Virus record (IMG/VR): IMGVR_UViG_3300043468_001540
Span: 1-64,000 of that record
Reading direction: 5' to 3' (one strand)
Origin: a virus
Length of the DNA: 64,000 nucleotides
The notes beneath the pieces were generated by a model. The model was not told the origin of the DNA. It did no database searches and worked only from the letters and a program-made list of their open reading frames with translations. The position numbers were made by a program, and so were the translations under genes. Below, piece by piece: positions 45,571 to 54,616 of this stretch (its first letter is position 1; each line of letters begins with the position of its first letter).

Positions 45571-47226
45571 TTAGCTTTCGCAGCTTTTACAGGTTAAAAT
45601 TGATCTTGCCAGTTCTTGAGCGGGATTGGCACTTCTCTGATAGTAAAGAGACTTGATACCTTGTTCCCAGGCAAAAATCATGAGTTCATTCACATCTTTT
45701 GGTTTTGTATCGGGGGGAATCATTATATTTAGACTCTGCCCTTGATCAATATATTTTTGACGTTGTGCCGCTTGTATAATAATTTCTTTTTGAGAAATTT
45801 CGCCAAATGTTTTAAATACCTCTTTTTCTTCTTGCGTTAAGAATTCTAAATGTTGAACACTACCACCTTTAATAAGAATAGATTTCCAGGTGTCGTCTTC
45901 ATCTTTTCCTTTTTCTTTTAAGAGTTTTTTGAGATAAGGATTTTTAAAAGTAAATTTACCTTTTGCTAAATCTTTTACAAAATAATTACTGTTCAATGGC
46001 TCTATGCTTGGTGAAACTTGCCCTAGAATAAAACTTGATGACGTGGTAGGAGCGACGGCAAGTGTTGTTGTATTTCTCCTTTTTTCTTTCGAATCTTTAT
46101 AGATAGGGGCTTCTTTAAAAGAAGACGCCAGTTCTTTTGTAGCTAAGTCTGCTTTTTCTCTAATAGTTTTCCAGATTTGATTATTTAGCATTTTAGCTTC
46201 CATGGACTCAAAAGCTATCATCTTGGATTGAAGTAGCGAATGCCAGCCCAAAGCTCCTACTCCCAATGCTCTTTGATTTATTGCAAATCTTCTAGGGGCT
46301 TCCATGAATTTTATCCCCTCTGTTTTATTGATAAATTCTGTCATTACGGCATCGAGAAAATAAACTAAAGTTTCCACCGCGTCGGTTTCTTTCCACTCGT
46401 CCCATTTTTCAAAATTTAAAGAAGAAAGGTCGCAAACGAAGGATTCTTCTTGATTATTTGAAAGCATAATCTCGCTACACAGGTTTGAATTATTAATTTT
46501 ATAACCTTTTTCTTTATAAATTTCTGGCGCTTGATTATTTGCATTATCTGTAAAGAAAATATATGGATAACCTGACTCAAAGCGCTTTTTAATGACAAGC
46601 CCCCACACTCTGCGAGCTTCTTTATCTCCATCAAGCATTTTTTTCATCCATTCGTCTGATACACAAACTCCAATAGAAAGATTTTGTATAGAGTGTCCTT
46701 CTCCACGAATTTTTAAAAACTCTTCAATATCTTGGTGATCAATTGGAAGATACGCGGCAAAAGACCCTCTTCTAACATTTCCTTGCGAAACTACTTCCAT
46801 AAGTTTATCATAAAGCTCCATAAAATGGACAGATCCTGTTGACTCTCCACCAGACGAAATCGGAGTCCCCCTTGCTCTAAGGGCTCCAAAATAAGCGGAA
46901 GTCCCCCCTCCATGTTTTGTCATAAGAGAGACTTCTGAGACTTTTTCCATTATATCTTCCATTGTATCTCCTACATAAGAACCAAAGCATGAAATTGGAA
47001 GTCCTCTTTTTCTACCGAAATTTGCCCAAATAGGAGAACTTATTGAATAGTACCCTCTGCGCATGTATTCTTCAAATTTATCAGCAAAACATAGTATTCC
47101 TAAATACTTTTCAGCAATGTCTGCCATATCTCGAATACGTTGTTCTGGAGATTCTGCGTCTAGAAGATATCCTCTTTCTAGAAATTTTCGAGAATCTTTA
47201 TTTAACCAATAAATATCTTTTGACAT
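45571..47226 (-). CDS. nrdA: Ribonucleotide reductase alpha subunit, short, no ATP cone (class Id-like)
   Basis: GLPISCF, GGGTS, RRG, NLCSEI, APTTSSS, KSLYY, C-terminal CKSCES. Confidence 0.95.
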   Translation of the reverse strand: MSKDIYWLNKDSRKFLERGYLLDAESPEQRIRDMADIAEKYLGILCFADKFEEYMRRGYYSISSPIWANFGRKRGLPISCFGSYVGDTMEDIMEKVSEVSLMTKHGGGTSAYFGALRARGTPISSGGESTGSVHFMELYDKLMEVVSQGNVRRGSFAAYLPIDHQDIEEFLKIRGEGHSIQNLSIGVCVSDEWMKKMLDGDKEARRVWGLVIKKRFESGYPYIFFTDNANNQAPEIYKEKGYKINNSNLCSEIMLSNNQEESFVCDLSSLNFEKWDEWKETDAVETLVYFLDAVMTEFINKTEGIKFMEAPRRFAINQRALGVGALGWHSLLQSKMIAFESMEAKMLNNQIWKTIREKADLATKELASSFKEAPIYKDSKEKRRNTTTLAVAPTTSSSFILGQVSPSIEPLNSNYFVKDLAKGKFTFKNPYLKKLLKEKGKDEDDTWKSILIKGGSVQHLEFLTQEEKEVFKTFGEISQKEIIIQAAQRQKYIDQGQSLNIMIPPDTKPKDVNELMIFAWEQGIKSLYYQRSANPAQELARSILTCKSCES

Positions 47227-47262
47227 CCTTATATTATATATAAACGGGATTGTAAAGTATAA

Positions 47263-47400
47263 TTAATTACAATTATGTGTGATTGTATTTTTTGATTTGC
47301 AAATCAAGCTTGCAATATAAATATCTTTTAAGGCTGTTACGGTAACACAAGACAGTACTGTAATGCAGATTGCAGTTACGAGTTTAATTGAGTTCTTCAT
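47263..47400 (-). CDS. 45-aa Cys-containing hydrophobic peptide between nrdB and nrdA
   Basis: MKNSIKLVTAICITVLSCVTVTALKDIYIASLICKSKNTITHNCN; promoter directly upstream. Confidence 0.5.
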   Translation of the reverse strand: MKNSIKLVTAICITVLSCVTVTALKDIYIASLICKSKNTITHNCN

Positions 47401-47403
47401 ATA

Positions 47404-47436
47404 TACAGTGATACTGTAATTTGTAGGAAACGTCAA
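47404..47436 (-). promoter_or_regulatory. Sigma70-like promoter with overlapping palindrome (operator-like)
   Basis: TTGACG-N17-TATCAC; inverted repeat TACAGT-N3-ACTGTA (47404-47418) spans the -10 box. Confidence 0.5.
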
Positions 47437-47448
47437 CAAAAAAAATTC

Positions 47449-48447
47449 TTAAAATAGGTCGTCTTCCGTAAAAGATTGATTCTTTTTAGAGTATTCAACT
47501 GGCCTAGAATGAAAAAAGTCAGTCATGTTGTTTCCCAATAATTCTTCTTGAAACCAAATGGTTGAAGAAAGTATTTTATTATCAATCTCAAAAGCTTTCG
47601 GAAAACCAATTTGCACAAGTGATTCGTTAATTCTATTTTTAACAAATTCTTTCAAAATTATAGAGCTTAAGCCTTCTTCTTGAATGCCATTAACCATCCA
47701 ATCTATTATTTTAGATTCAGACTCATAAGCTTCTTTAGCTTCACTTATAACTTTTTCAAGTAGTTCGTCATCAAAAAGATCGGGATATTCTTCTCGTATT
47801 GTGTTAATAATTTTTATACCAACTAGGGCATGTATATTTTCTTCGTTGCGAGTATATTTTACTTGCTGATCAGTATCTTTTAAAACATTTTTATGGCGAG
47901 CAAACCAGTTAATTATATAAAATTGAGAGAATAACGAAACATTTTCTACAAATAATGTAAAAAGAATAAGCGCGTATAGATATTGTTTCTTGCTATCTTT
48001 ATAAAACCTGTGGGTATATTTTTTAAGATATTTCACTCTCCCCTGTATCCAATCAAGCTTTAAGTTTTCTTCAAATATTTGTTCAAGACCAAGAGTCGTA
48101 ATTAATCTTTCGTAGGCATTATTATGAATTACTTCTACGTTTGCCATAACATATCCTAGATCTGATAACGCTGGATGAGGTAAGTTTTCACCTAATTTCG
48201 CCCAAAAAGTTTTTACCGCAATTTCAATTTGACCAATAGCGGATAAGGTTCTAATCACAATTTCTCTTTGCTGGTCTGTTAAAGATACTTTAAATTGTTG
48301 AATATCTGACTTAAATGAAAATTCTTTATCGGTCCAAAACCCGTTATGCATGGATTCTATAAATTTATCAGTCCAAGGGTAAAGATTGGGCTTTCTAGAG
48401 ATTTGTTCGTCAAAAATTCGAATCTTTGCGGCGTTATTTTTGTCCAT
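47449..48447 (-). CDS. nrdB: Ribonucleotide reductase beta subunit (class Id-like)
   Basis: QIEIAVKTFW, EVIHNNAY, ENVSLFSQF, EENIHA, DFF..RPVEY. Confidence 0.93.
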   Translation of the reverse strand: MDKNNAAKIRIFDEQISRKPNLYPWTDKFIESMHNGFWTDKEFSFKSDIQQFKVSLTDQQREIVIRTLSAIGQIEIAVKTFWAKLGENLPHPALSDLGYVMANVEVIHNNAYERLITTLGLEQIFEENLKLDWIQGRVKYLKKYTHRFYKDSKKQYLYALILFTLFVENVSLFSQFYIINWFARHKNVLKDTDQQVKYTRNEENIHALVGIKIINTIREEYPDLFDDELLEKVISEAKEAYESESKIIDWMVNGIQEEGLSSIILKEFVKNRINESLVQIGFPKAFEIDNKILSSTIWFQEELLGNNMTDFFHSRPVEYSKKNQSFTEDDLF

Positions 48448-48495
48448 AGATATTTTTTACACGATAAAAAAGTTAAAAATTTTTTAAAATCAATT

Positions 48496-49365
48496 CTAGA
48501 AATTTAATTTGTCTGTCTCTAAATTTCTGTATTTTAGAATTTCGTACAATTTATATTCAATATCTTTTTTTTGTTTAAAAATTGAAAAAATTTGTGTACC
48601 GTGATTTAAATCGGATCTTTCTTTTGAGTCTACTCCTACATGAGAGCGGGTAGGTAACACGTTTTTAATAAAATGCTCACTAAGAATAATACCACACTTT
48701 TTATAAATAGAAACGAACGAACTCTCAAGATTTTCAATATCAAAAAATATTATTTTTTTTGTAATAGTATCTATCGTGTGTATATCGTCATTTTTTAATA
48801 AAACGCTATTTTTTTCTAAAAGGGAAGTCGCTAACCAAGAGTCTTGCATATCTTTTTTAACGTAGTCTTCAAAAGAAACGTCGCCATAAGGTTTATGTAT
48901 ATCTTCATGCTTCGACGCTTCACTTCTTAAATAAAAGAACCAAGATTTTTCTCTTTCCCAGGGGTCTCTAATAGACATAAAATATAAAGGGTCAATAGTT
49001 GTATAGTTACTTAAAATTATTTGCAAAAAGTTATTTCCAAAAAATCTTACTCCGTGACCGGTAACAACAATTGAATGAATTTTTAATTCTGTTTGCCATT
49101 TAAGCGCAATTGGAAGCTCATCTAATGGCATATACCAACCATACTGTGTATGACGAAAAGTATTATTTAAGTTAGATCCGTCAAAATTTTCAACAAAAAG
49201 ATGAAATAAATGATTTTGAGAGAAGTCATAAATATATAAAATAGACTTTTTATTTTTATTTCCGCTTTCAAAAAAGACTGCTTCTATTTTCTCGCGGATA
49301 CTCATGCCGCCACACTTCGGATAATGAAGAAAAACAGGCGTTTTTGCTTTATTTATTTTTTCCAC
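48496..49365 (-). CDS. Sulfotransferase-like protein
   Basis: FLHYPKCGGMS (5'-PSB-like), GH, RDPWER..S.F.YL (3'-PB-like). Confidence 0.7.
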   Translation of the reverse strand: MEKINKAKTPVFLHYPKCGGMSIREKIEAVFFESGNKNKKSILYIYDFSQNHLFHLFVENFDGSNLNNTFRHTQYGWYMPLDELPIALKWQTELKIHSIVVTGHGVRFFGNNFLQIILSNYTTIDPLYFMSIRDPWEREKSWFFYLRSEASKHEDIHKPYGDVSFEDYVKKDMQDSWLATSLLEKNSVLLKNDDIHTIDTITKKIIFFDIENLESSFVSIYKKCGIILSEHFIKNVLPTRSHVGVDSKERSDLNHGTQIFSIFKQKKDIEYKLYEILKYRNLETDKLNF

Positions 49366-49669
49366 GTTTCTTTTTCCAATCTTTTACGTAATCTTTTTTA
49401 ATTGGATCATTTTTAGAACCGCCTCTTTTATCACTTAACTCTTTTGAGAGATCAAATAGATCGCCTAACGTACCGCTTTTTTTTGTTTTTTCTAAAAAAG
49501 CTTTTTTTGAATGAGGATCTATTCTAGAATCCATCATCATATTCGGTATTGTTAGAAGCCTATCCCATTTTACCCCATTTTTATCTATATAAATTTTTTC
49601 ATCCGACATCTTTAGCCAGACATCAATAGTTTCTTCTGTCTTTGGATGTTGGAAAGAATAAAATGGCAT
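49349..49669 (-). CDS. FmdB-like small protein lacking the zinc cysteines
   Basis: MPFYSF.HP.T.E.......M.D......W.R pattern. Confidence 0.55.
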   Translation of the reverse strand: MPFYSFQHPKTEETIDVWLKMSDEKIYIDKNGVKWDRLLTIPNMMMDSRIDPHSKKAFLEKTKKSGTLGDLFDLSKELSDKRGGSKNDPIKKDYVKDWKKKRGKNK

Positions 49670-50772
49670 TAAATATTTTCTAAAATAGAAATAATTTTAT
49701 TAGTAAAATTGGAATAAGTGAATTTTTCTTTTAATTTTAACCCCTCTGTATTAATAGGTGATTTAATAAAGTTTGACTCAGCGAGTTCCATTGCAGACAC
49801 AAAGCTATCTTCATTCCAATCAAAAATTGACCCCTGGTTGAATAAAGCTCCTTCTTTAAAGAATATATTATCATACGCAGGAATTTTTCCAGTTGGATTA
49901 ACTAAAGTTGTATTCTCTGGAGTCATCCAGTCTTTATAAGCATGAGCGTTTAAACCAACGCAATGCTTTCCCATGGCCACCGTCTGAAATTCTGGAAGCC
50001 CCCAGCCTTCTCCTCCACTCATGGCTAACACAATGTCCGTATTATTTAAGACTTCGTTGTATTGTTCATTCTCTGGTAGATGGGGAAGAAAATTGATATT
50101 CCAATATTTTTGACCTCCAAGCCCGCTCATTATAATTTGTGATTGTGCATTAGGGTCAATAAATGGATTGAAAATAGTACAATTCAATCGATATTTTGGA
50201 TTATTGCCATATTTCTTTGCCCAAGAAGACAGGACTTTTAAGTGCCGTTTTCTTTGAGGCTCTAATTTTCCGAATAGACCAAACTCAATAACATCTTTGT
50301 TTTCTTTTCGTTCTTTTTGTTTAAAATGACAAGAATCGAACGCTAAAGGCAAAAACTCTAAATTTTTTGCCCCAAACTCCTCAAATTTTGAAATTGTATA
50401 ATTACTTGAAAACAAAGTTTTAAAGTTGTTTTTAGCTATATTTAGCTCTACTGGGGTAGGGGAATCTAGCTCATAAAAACTCAATAAAACCTGTTCTTTC
50501 GATAAAGATTCTAAAGAACCATTTAAATGCCAAATTTTAAATACCGGCGACGTTTTAGAATGATTATAAAGCCCCTCTCTAATAGAGGAGTCTAGCCATT
50601 GATTAAAAGCCGGATCTTGCTTTTGAGACTTGTTGTCAATTTGACCTATCGGAAATAGTGAAATTTCTCTCTTTTGATTAAAGAGTTCCCTCAATAGGGA
50701 GAATGATACTTGCCCTAAAGAGGTACTATTTAAAGGTAGATGAAATGCGAGTTTACTCATTTCAAAACGCAA
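49669..50772 (-). CDS. GT-B (GT4-like) glycosyltransferase
   Basis: FGKLEP.RK, SGGEGWGLPEFQTVAMGK. Confidence 0.8.
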   Translation of the reverse strand: MRFEMSKLAFHLPLNSTSLGQVSFSLLRELFNQKREISLFPIGQIDNKSQKQDPAFNQWLDSSIREGLYNHSKTSPVFKIWHLNGSLESLSKEQVLLSFYELDSPTPVELNIAKNNFKTLFSSNYTISKFEEFGAKNLEFLPLAFDSCHFKQKERKENKDVIEFGLFGKLEPQRKRHLKVLSSWAKKYGNNPKYRLNCTIFNPFIDPNAQSQIIMSGLGGQKYWNINFLPHLPENEQYNEVLNNTDIVLAMSGGEGWGLPEFQTVAMGKHCVGLNAHAYKDWMTPENTTLVNPTGKIPAYDNIFFKEGALFNQGSIFDWNEDSFVSAMELAESNFIKSPINTEGLKLKEKFTYSNFTNKIISILENI

Positions 50773-51055
50773 TATCTTCTTCTACGGGGGGAGTAGGGGA
50801 CTTCTCTATTTCTGGCAGCTTTGCTTTTGTTTGCTTTGGCGCTCCTGCTTCAGAAGGAGTTGTTTCTTCTAGATATAAGCGGTAATCCGGTTGACTTGAT
50901 CCTTCTGTCTTATAAGAATTCTTAAAAATTACAAATTTAACAAGTTCTCCAGAACTTGTAGTTAAGTTCCCAGAAAGAAACTTGTTGCCTTGCTTTGATG
51001 TTCTAACCCAGAGAGCCCCTGAGTCTTTTCTTTTTTGCATGTTGTCTTTTTCCAT
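50762..51055 (-). CDS. DUF736-like putative ssDNA-binding protein
   Basis: GALW.RTSK.G.KFLSG...FKN..K...QPDYR, acidic C-terminal tail EEDIAF. Confidence 0.65.
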   Translation of the reverse strand: MEKDNMQKRKDSGALWVRTSKQGNKFLSGNLTTSSGELVKFVIFKNSYKTEGSSQPDYRLYLEETTPSEAGAPKQTKAKLPEIEKSPTPPVEEDIAF

Positions 51056-51063
51056 AATTATTA

Positions 51064-51663
51064 TTATATATTAATATTTTTATCTTTTGTCAACTTTTTT
51101 TTAGCAATCTTTATAAATTTATTATGCCAATTCAGGGCTGTTTGGGCTGTAACGTTTAAAATCTTACCGATTTCGTTATAATTCAAAACCTCTCCGTCTT
51201 TGTAAAAGTATCTATAATAGATAACGTCTTTTATTTTTTTATCTTGAATCTTATTCAAGATATCTTTGACATTAAAGATAAGTTCTCCTTCTGCCTTTTT
51301 TTCTCTAGCATTCTCACTATTTATTAGAAATTCTAGAGAAGAATCATCTGTTATGATTAACCGATTATTTTTATTTTTTAAATTTAAACAAAAATATCTT
51401 ATCTGATTTGCTAGCCATGTCGAAAATTTTACTTTCATTTTCGGATTAAATGACTTTATAGTTTCGAATAATATATTATACCTATTTGATGTAAATTCGT
51501 CGAAATTGGAATTATTAAATCCAATAATCTTTGAAGATATTGAGGAAAATAATTTGATATGCCTCTCAAACAACGACTGAAAAGAAGCCGAGCAGTTTTT
51601 AGTTAAAACGTTTTCGCATAGCTCTAAGTCAGTAGAGGGTTTGATTTTTTTAGTTAATTTCAC
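51064..51663 (-). CDS. Phage sigma70-family factor
   Basis: Region 2 (F..LFERH, FNP....KFSTWL) and region 4 HTH (YRY....LNYNEIGKILNVT.Q). Confidence 0.8.
   Translation of the reverse strand: MKLTKKIKPSTDLELCENVLTKNCSASFQSLFERHIKLFSSISSKIIGFNNSNFDEFTSNRYNILFETIKSFNPKMKVKFSTWLANQIRYFCLNLKNKNNRLIITDDSSLEFLINSENAREKKAEGELIFNVKDILNKIQDKKIKDVIYYRYFYKDGEVLNYNEIGKILNVTAQTALNWHNKFIKIAKKKLTKDKNINI
51065..51093 (-). promoter_or_regulatory. Sigma70-like promoter
   Basis: TTGACA-N17-TATATA, 9 nt upstream of ATG 51055. Confidence 0.6.
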
Positions 51664-51702
51664 TACCGAAGTGTAGACTGATTTTTATTTAAAAGCAATT
51701 TA

Positions 51703-51788
51703 TTTTTGATTTCAAAAACGAAATAACTTAAAATAATTAAGTTTTACGAACGGATGTGAGTAAAAATGACTGAACGCAGTGAGGTCAT
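51703..51788. other. Tandem hairpin cluster in a divergent intergenic region
   Basis: Four consecutive inverted repeats, two of them enclosing GA-AC-(GCA/GGAT)-GT-GA. Confidence 0.7.
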
Positions 51789-51809
51789 CAATCGAACAAT
51801 ATTACCTAT

Positions 51810-52235
51810 ATGAATTATTTTTTTAAAGACATGTCAAGTATTTTTTTTATAATAACCATTTTAAATTTTGCACTACTTGTTCATTTATGGTTTAATACAG
51901 ATTTTTTCGCTTACTACGTAAAACTATTTAAGAAATTAATTCCAATTAAATTTTTTAATTTCCTACTAATAGAAGAATACTTTTCTCATGATCATTCGAA
52001 GATTTCTTTTCAAAGTTACATTGATTTTTTTGCTTACAAAAAATCGTCTTCAAAAGATTTCTTGTTTTTATTTCTTTTAAAAATTTTATCATGCAAAATG
52101 TGCCTCACTGTATGGTTATCTATTATAATATCTATTGTATTTAATAATATATATTTACTAGGTTTAATTTATCTCTTATTAAGAATTGTGGATTTTATTT
52201 TAGAAAAAATTACATTTAAATCTAATACTAAATAA
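51810..52235 (+). CDS. Membrane protein with CxxC..W motif
   Basis: Several hydrophobic helices, LSCKMCLTVW. Confidence 0.65.
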   Translation: MNYFFKDMSSIFFIITILNFALLVHLWFNTDFFAYYVKLFKKLIPIKFFNFLLIEEYFSHDHSKISFQSYIDFFAYKKSSSKDFLFLFLLKILSCKMCLTVWLSIIISIVFNNIYLLGLIYLLLRIVDFILEKITFKSNTK

Positions 52236-52242
52236 GAACGAT

Positions 52243-52695
52243 ATGAAAAGGCTAGAATTTTATAAACCACAAAAAAGTGGAAACGGGGCGTGTTGTACAT
52301 TTCAATATACAATTGATCAAGAAGACGTAAAAAAAACAGGATTTTACGTAAATATTATAAAACAATCCTCATGGGATGAGTCTTCAAGAACGGGGTCTTT
52401 TAAAACTAACGTCAACAATCCAGAAAAACATAAAAAAATAAAATTGAATGAAAATGAAATTGCGTCTATAATCAACGTAATTGAATTAAACGGAACTCAA
52501 AAGTTTTCAACAGTGCATGTTAATGGTCAAAATAAAACACCTTTCTTTTTTGAACCTTTTTTAAGAGAAAATGTATTTGTTGGATATTTATTAAAAATAT
52601 CGAACTTGAGCATTGCTTTTACATTGCCGGAATCTGTTAATATCAGAGAGTATTGCAAAGCCTCTTTGAGGGAAATTTATTCTTCATCAAAGTAA
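52243..52695 (+). CDS. Hypothetical protein (possibly a nucleic-acid-binding beta fold)
   Basis: FYKP...G.C..F, IKQ.SW..., IKLNENE. Confidence 0.65.
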   Translation: MKRLEFYKPQKSGNGACCTFQYTIDQEDVKKTGFYVNIIKQSSWDESSRTGSFKTNVNNPEKHKKIKLNENEIASIINVIELNGTQKFSTVHVNGQNKTPFFFEPFLRENVFVGYLLKISNLSIAFTLPESVNIREYCKASLREIYSSSK

Positions 52696-52702
52696 AAAAA
52701 TA

Positions 52703-54616
52703 ATGAGAAAAAAAAGAATTTTATATTTGAGCGATTACGCTGGAGCGTATACTGGTTTTGGAAAACAAACTAAACTTTTATTAACTTACCTTTACAAAAC
52801 TGGTAAATATGAAATTTTAAATTTAGCGCAAGGCACCAGAAAAGATGGCCCGCACCAAACCAAATTTCCATGGAAAACCCTTGGGGTAATTCCTACCGAT
52901 CCGTCTTTCAATGATAAATGTTCAAAAGATCCAAATTTACCAAGAGCAGCGTCATATGGAATTCTAGAAATAAATAATGCAGTAAAAGAATTTAAGCCCG
53001 ACGTCATTTTCTCTGTAAATGATACCTGGGGATCTCAGTTTATTGCAGATCAACCATTTTCTTCTAAAATTCCGTATGTGTGCTGGAATACTTTTGACTC
53101 GCTCCCACTATTGAAAGATACGGTTGAAAAAGCAGGTAAAATTAAAAACTATTGGACTTGGAGTGATTTTGCAAGAAAAGAGTTTCATCGACTGGGATTT
53201 GAACATGTAAAAAATCAATATCCATTAGTCAATACTGATAGGTTTTATAAACTACCCGCCCAAAAAATAAATGAAATAAAAATTCAAAACTCTTTACCTG
53301 TTGATAGCTTTATTATCGGCTTTGTTTTTCGGAACCAATTAAGAAAACTAATCAATACTCAGATTGAAGCTTTCTCAATTTTTAAGAGAAAAAATCCACA
53401 TATTAAAAATGTGTATTTATATACACATACTCATTACTCTGAAGGTTGGAATATTCCTGATCTTTGTAAGCAATATGGAGTAAACCCAGAAGAAGTTTTA
53501 TGTACTTATATTTGTACCGTAACTAGGCAATATTTTATACTTCCGTTTAGAGGGCAAAATATAGAAAATCCAATAACGAAATCAAAAACTCTAATAACAT
53601 CTAACGCTGAAATTGGAGTTACAGACGAACAGTTAAATGAAATTTACAACATTTTTTCATTATATTCTCATCCAGCTACATCTGGAGCGTGCGAGTTACC
53701 ATGCGTTGAAGCTGCTTTAACAGAAAAAATTATAACAACTTGCGCTTATTCATTTGGAGATGATATAATAAACCTCAACAAAGGTAGCATTCCAATGCTA
53801 TTTAATTTTTACACTGAGCATGGGACACAATTTTTAAAATCACAACCTTATCCAGAAAGCATAGCCGATATCTTCTTACAAGTCTATTCAATGGACATGA
53901 ATAAAAAACTTGAATTAGAAAAACTATCAAGACAATGGGGTTTAGAAAACTACTCAATAGAAACAAATGGAAAAAAAATTGAAAATTTTATTGATGATTG
54001 CTGCGATTTTTTAGATTTTGAAAACATCGATTTAACAAAATCATCGGCTAATAACCCTAATCCTAATGCTGTAGTTGAACATACTCCGGATAATAAACAA
54101 TGGGTAAAAAATTTATACAAGTTCATTCTAGATAGGGAAGTTTCAGATCAGGACGAAGGGCTTTTGCACTGGCTTCAAAAAATTAGCATGAACGCCCCAA
54201 AAGAACAAATTGAGCAATATTTTAGGCAAGTCGCCTCTCAAGAGCAGGCTAAAAATAATCCTATTCAATTTGAAGAACTCTTAGATAAAAATGATAAGGG
54301 CAAAAGAGGTATTTTTGTGGTTCCAGGTTCGAAGTCAGATGTTTTATGCTCGATAAGTTTAGCGGAATCTTTTAAATCTACATATCCAAATTATAATTTA
54401 TATGTAGCAGTAAAATCAGAAAATTTTGATGTTATTGAAGGAAATCCCCTTGTTCATAAAATTTTGCCATATGTTGAAGAATTCAATAACCAAAATTGGT
54501 TAGAAGGTACAAAAGAAAATCCTGGTAATTTTGAAATTTCTTTTGTATTTTTGCCTGGCGATTTATATCGATATAACAATAAAATAAAAGCTAACTTAAA
54601 TCTTCAATCATGCTAA
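52703..54616 (+). CDS. GT-B (GT4-like) glycosyltransferase fused to a DUF4214-like repeat and a GT9-like C-terminus
   Basis: TGFG, FRNQLRK, LNEIYN.F, SGACELPCVEAA, LY..IL.R...D.EGL.HW, GNP.VHKILPY. Confidence 0.75.
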   Translation: MRKKRILYLSDYAGAYTGFGKQTKLLLTYLYKTGKYEILNLAQGTRKDGPHQTKFPWKTLGVIPTDPSFNDKCSKDPNLPRAASYGILEINNAVKEFKPDVIFSVNDTWGSQFIADQPFSSKIPYVCWNTFDSLPLLKDTVEKAGKIKNYWTWSDFARKEFHRLGFEHVKNQYPLVNTDRFYKLPAQKINEIKIQNSLPVDSFIIGFVFRNQLRKLINTQIEAFSIFKRKNPHIKNVYLYTHTHYSEGWNIPDLCKQYGVNPEEVLCTYICTVTRQYFILPFRGQNIENPITKSKTLITSNAEIGVTDEQLNEIYNIFSLYSHPATSGACELPCVEAALTEKIITTCAYSFGDDIINLNKGSIPMLFNFYTEHGTQFLKSQPYPESIADIFLQVYSMDMNKKLELEKLSRQWGLENYSIETNGKKIENFIDDCCDFLDFENIDLTKSSANNPNPNAVVEHTPDNKQWVKNLYKFILDREVSDQDEGLLHWLQKISMNAPKEQIEQYFRQVASQEQAKNNPIQFEELLDKNDKGKRGIFVVPGSKSDVLCSISLAESFKSTYPNYNLYVAVKSENFDVIEGNPLVHKILPYVEEFNNQNWLEGTKENPGNFEISFVFLPGDLYRYNNKIKANLNLQSC

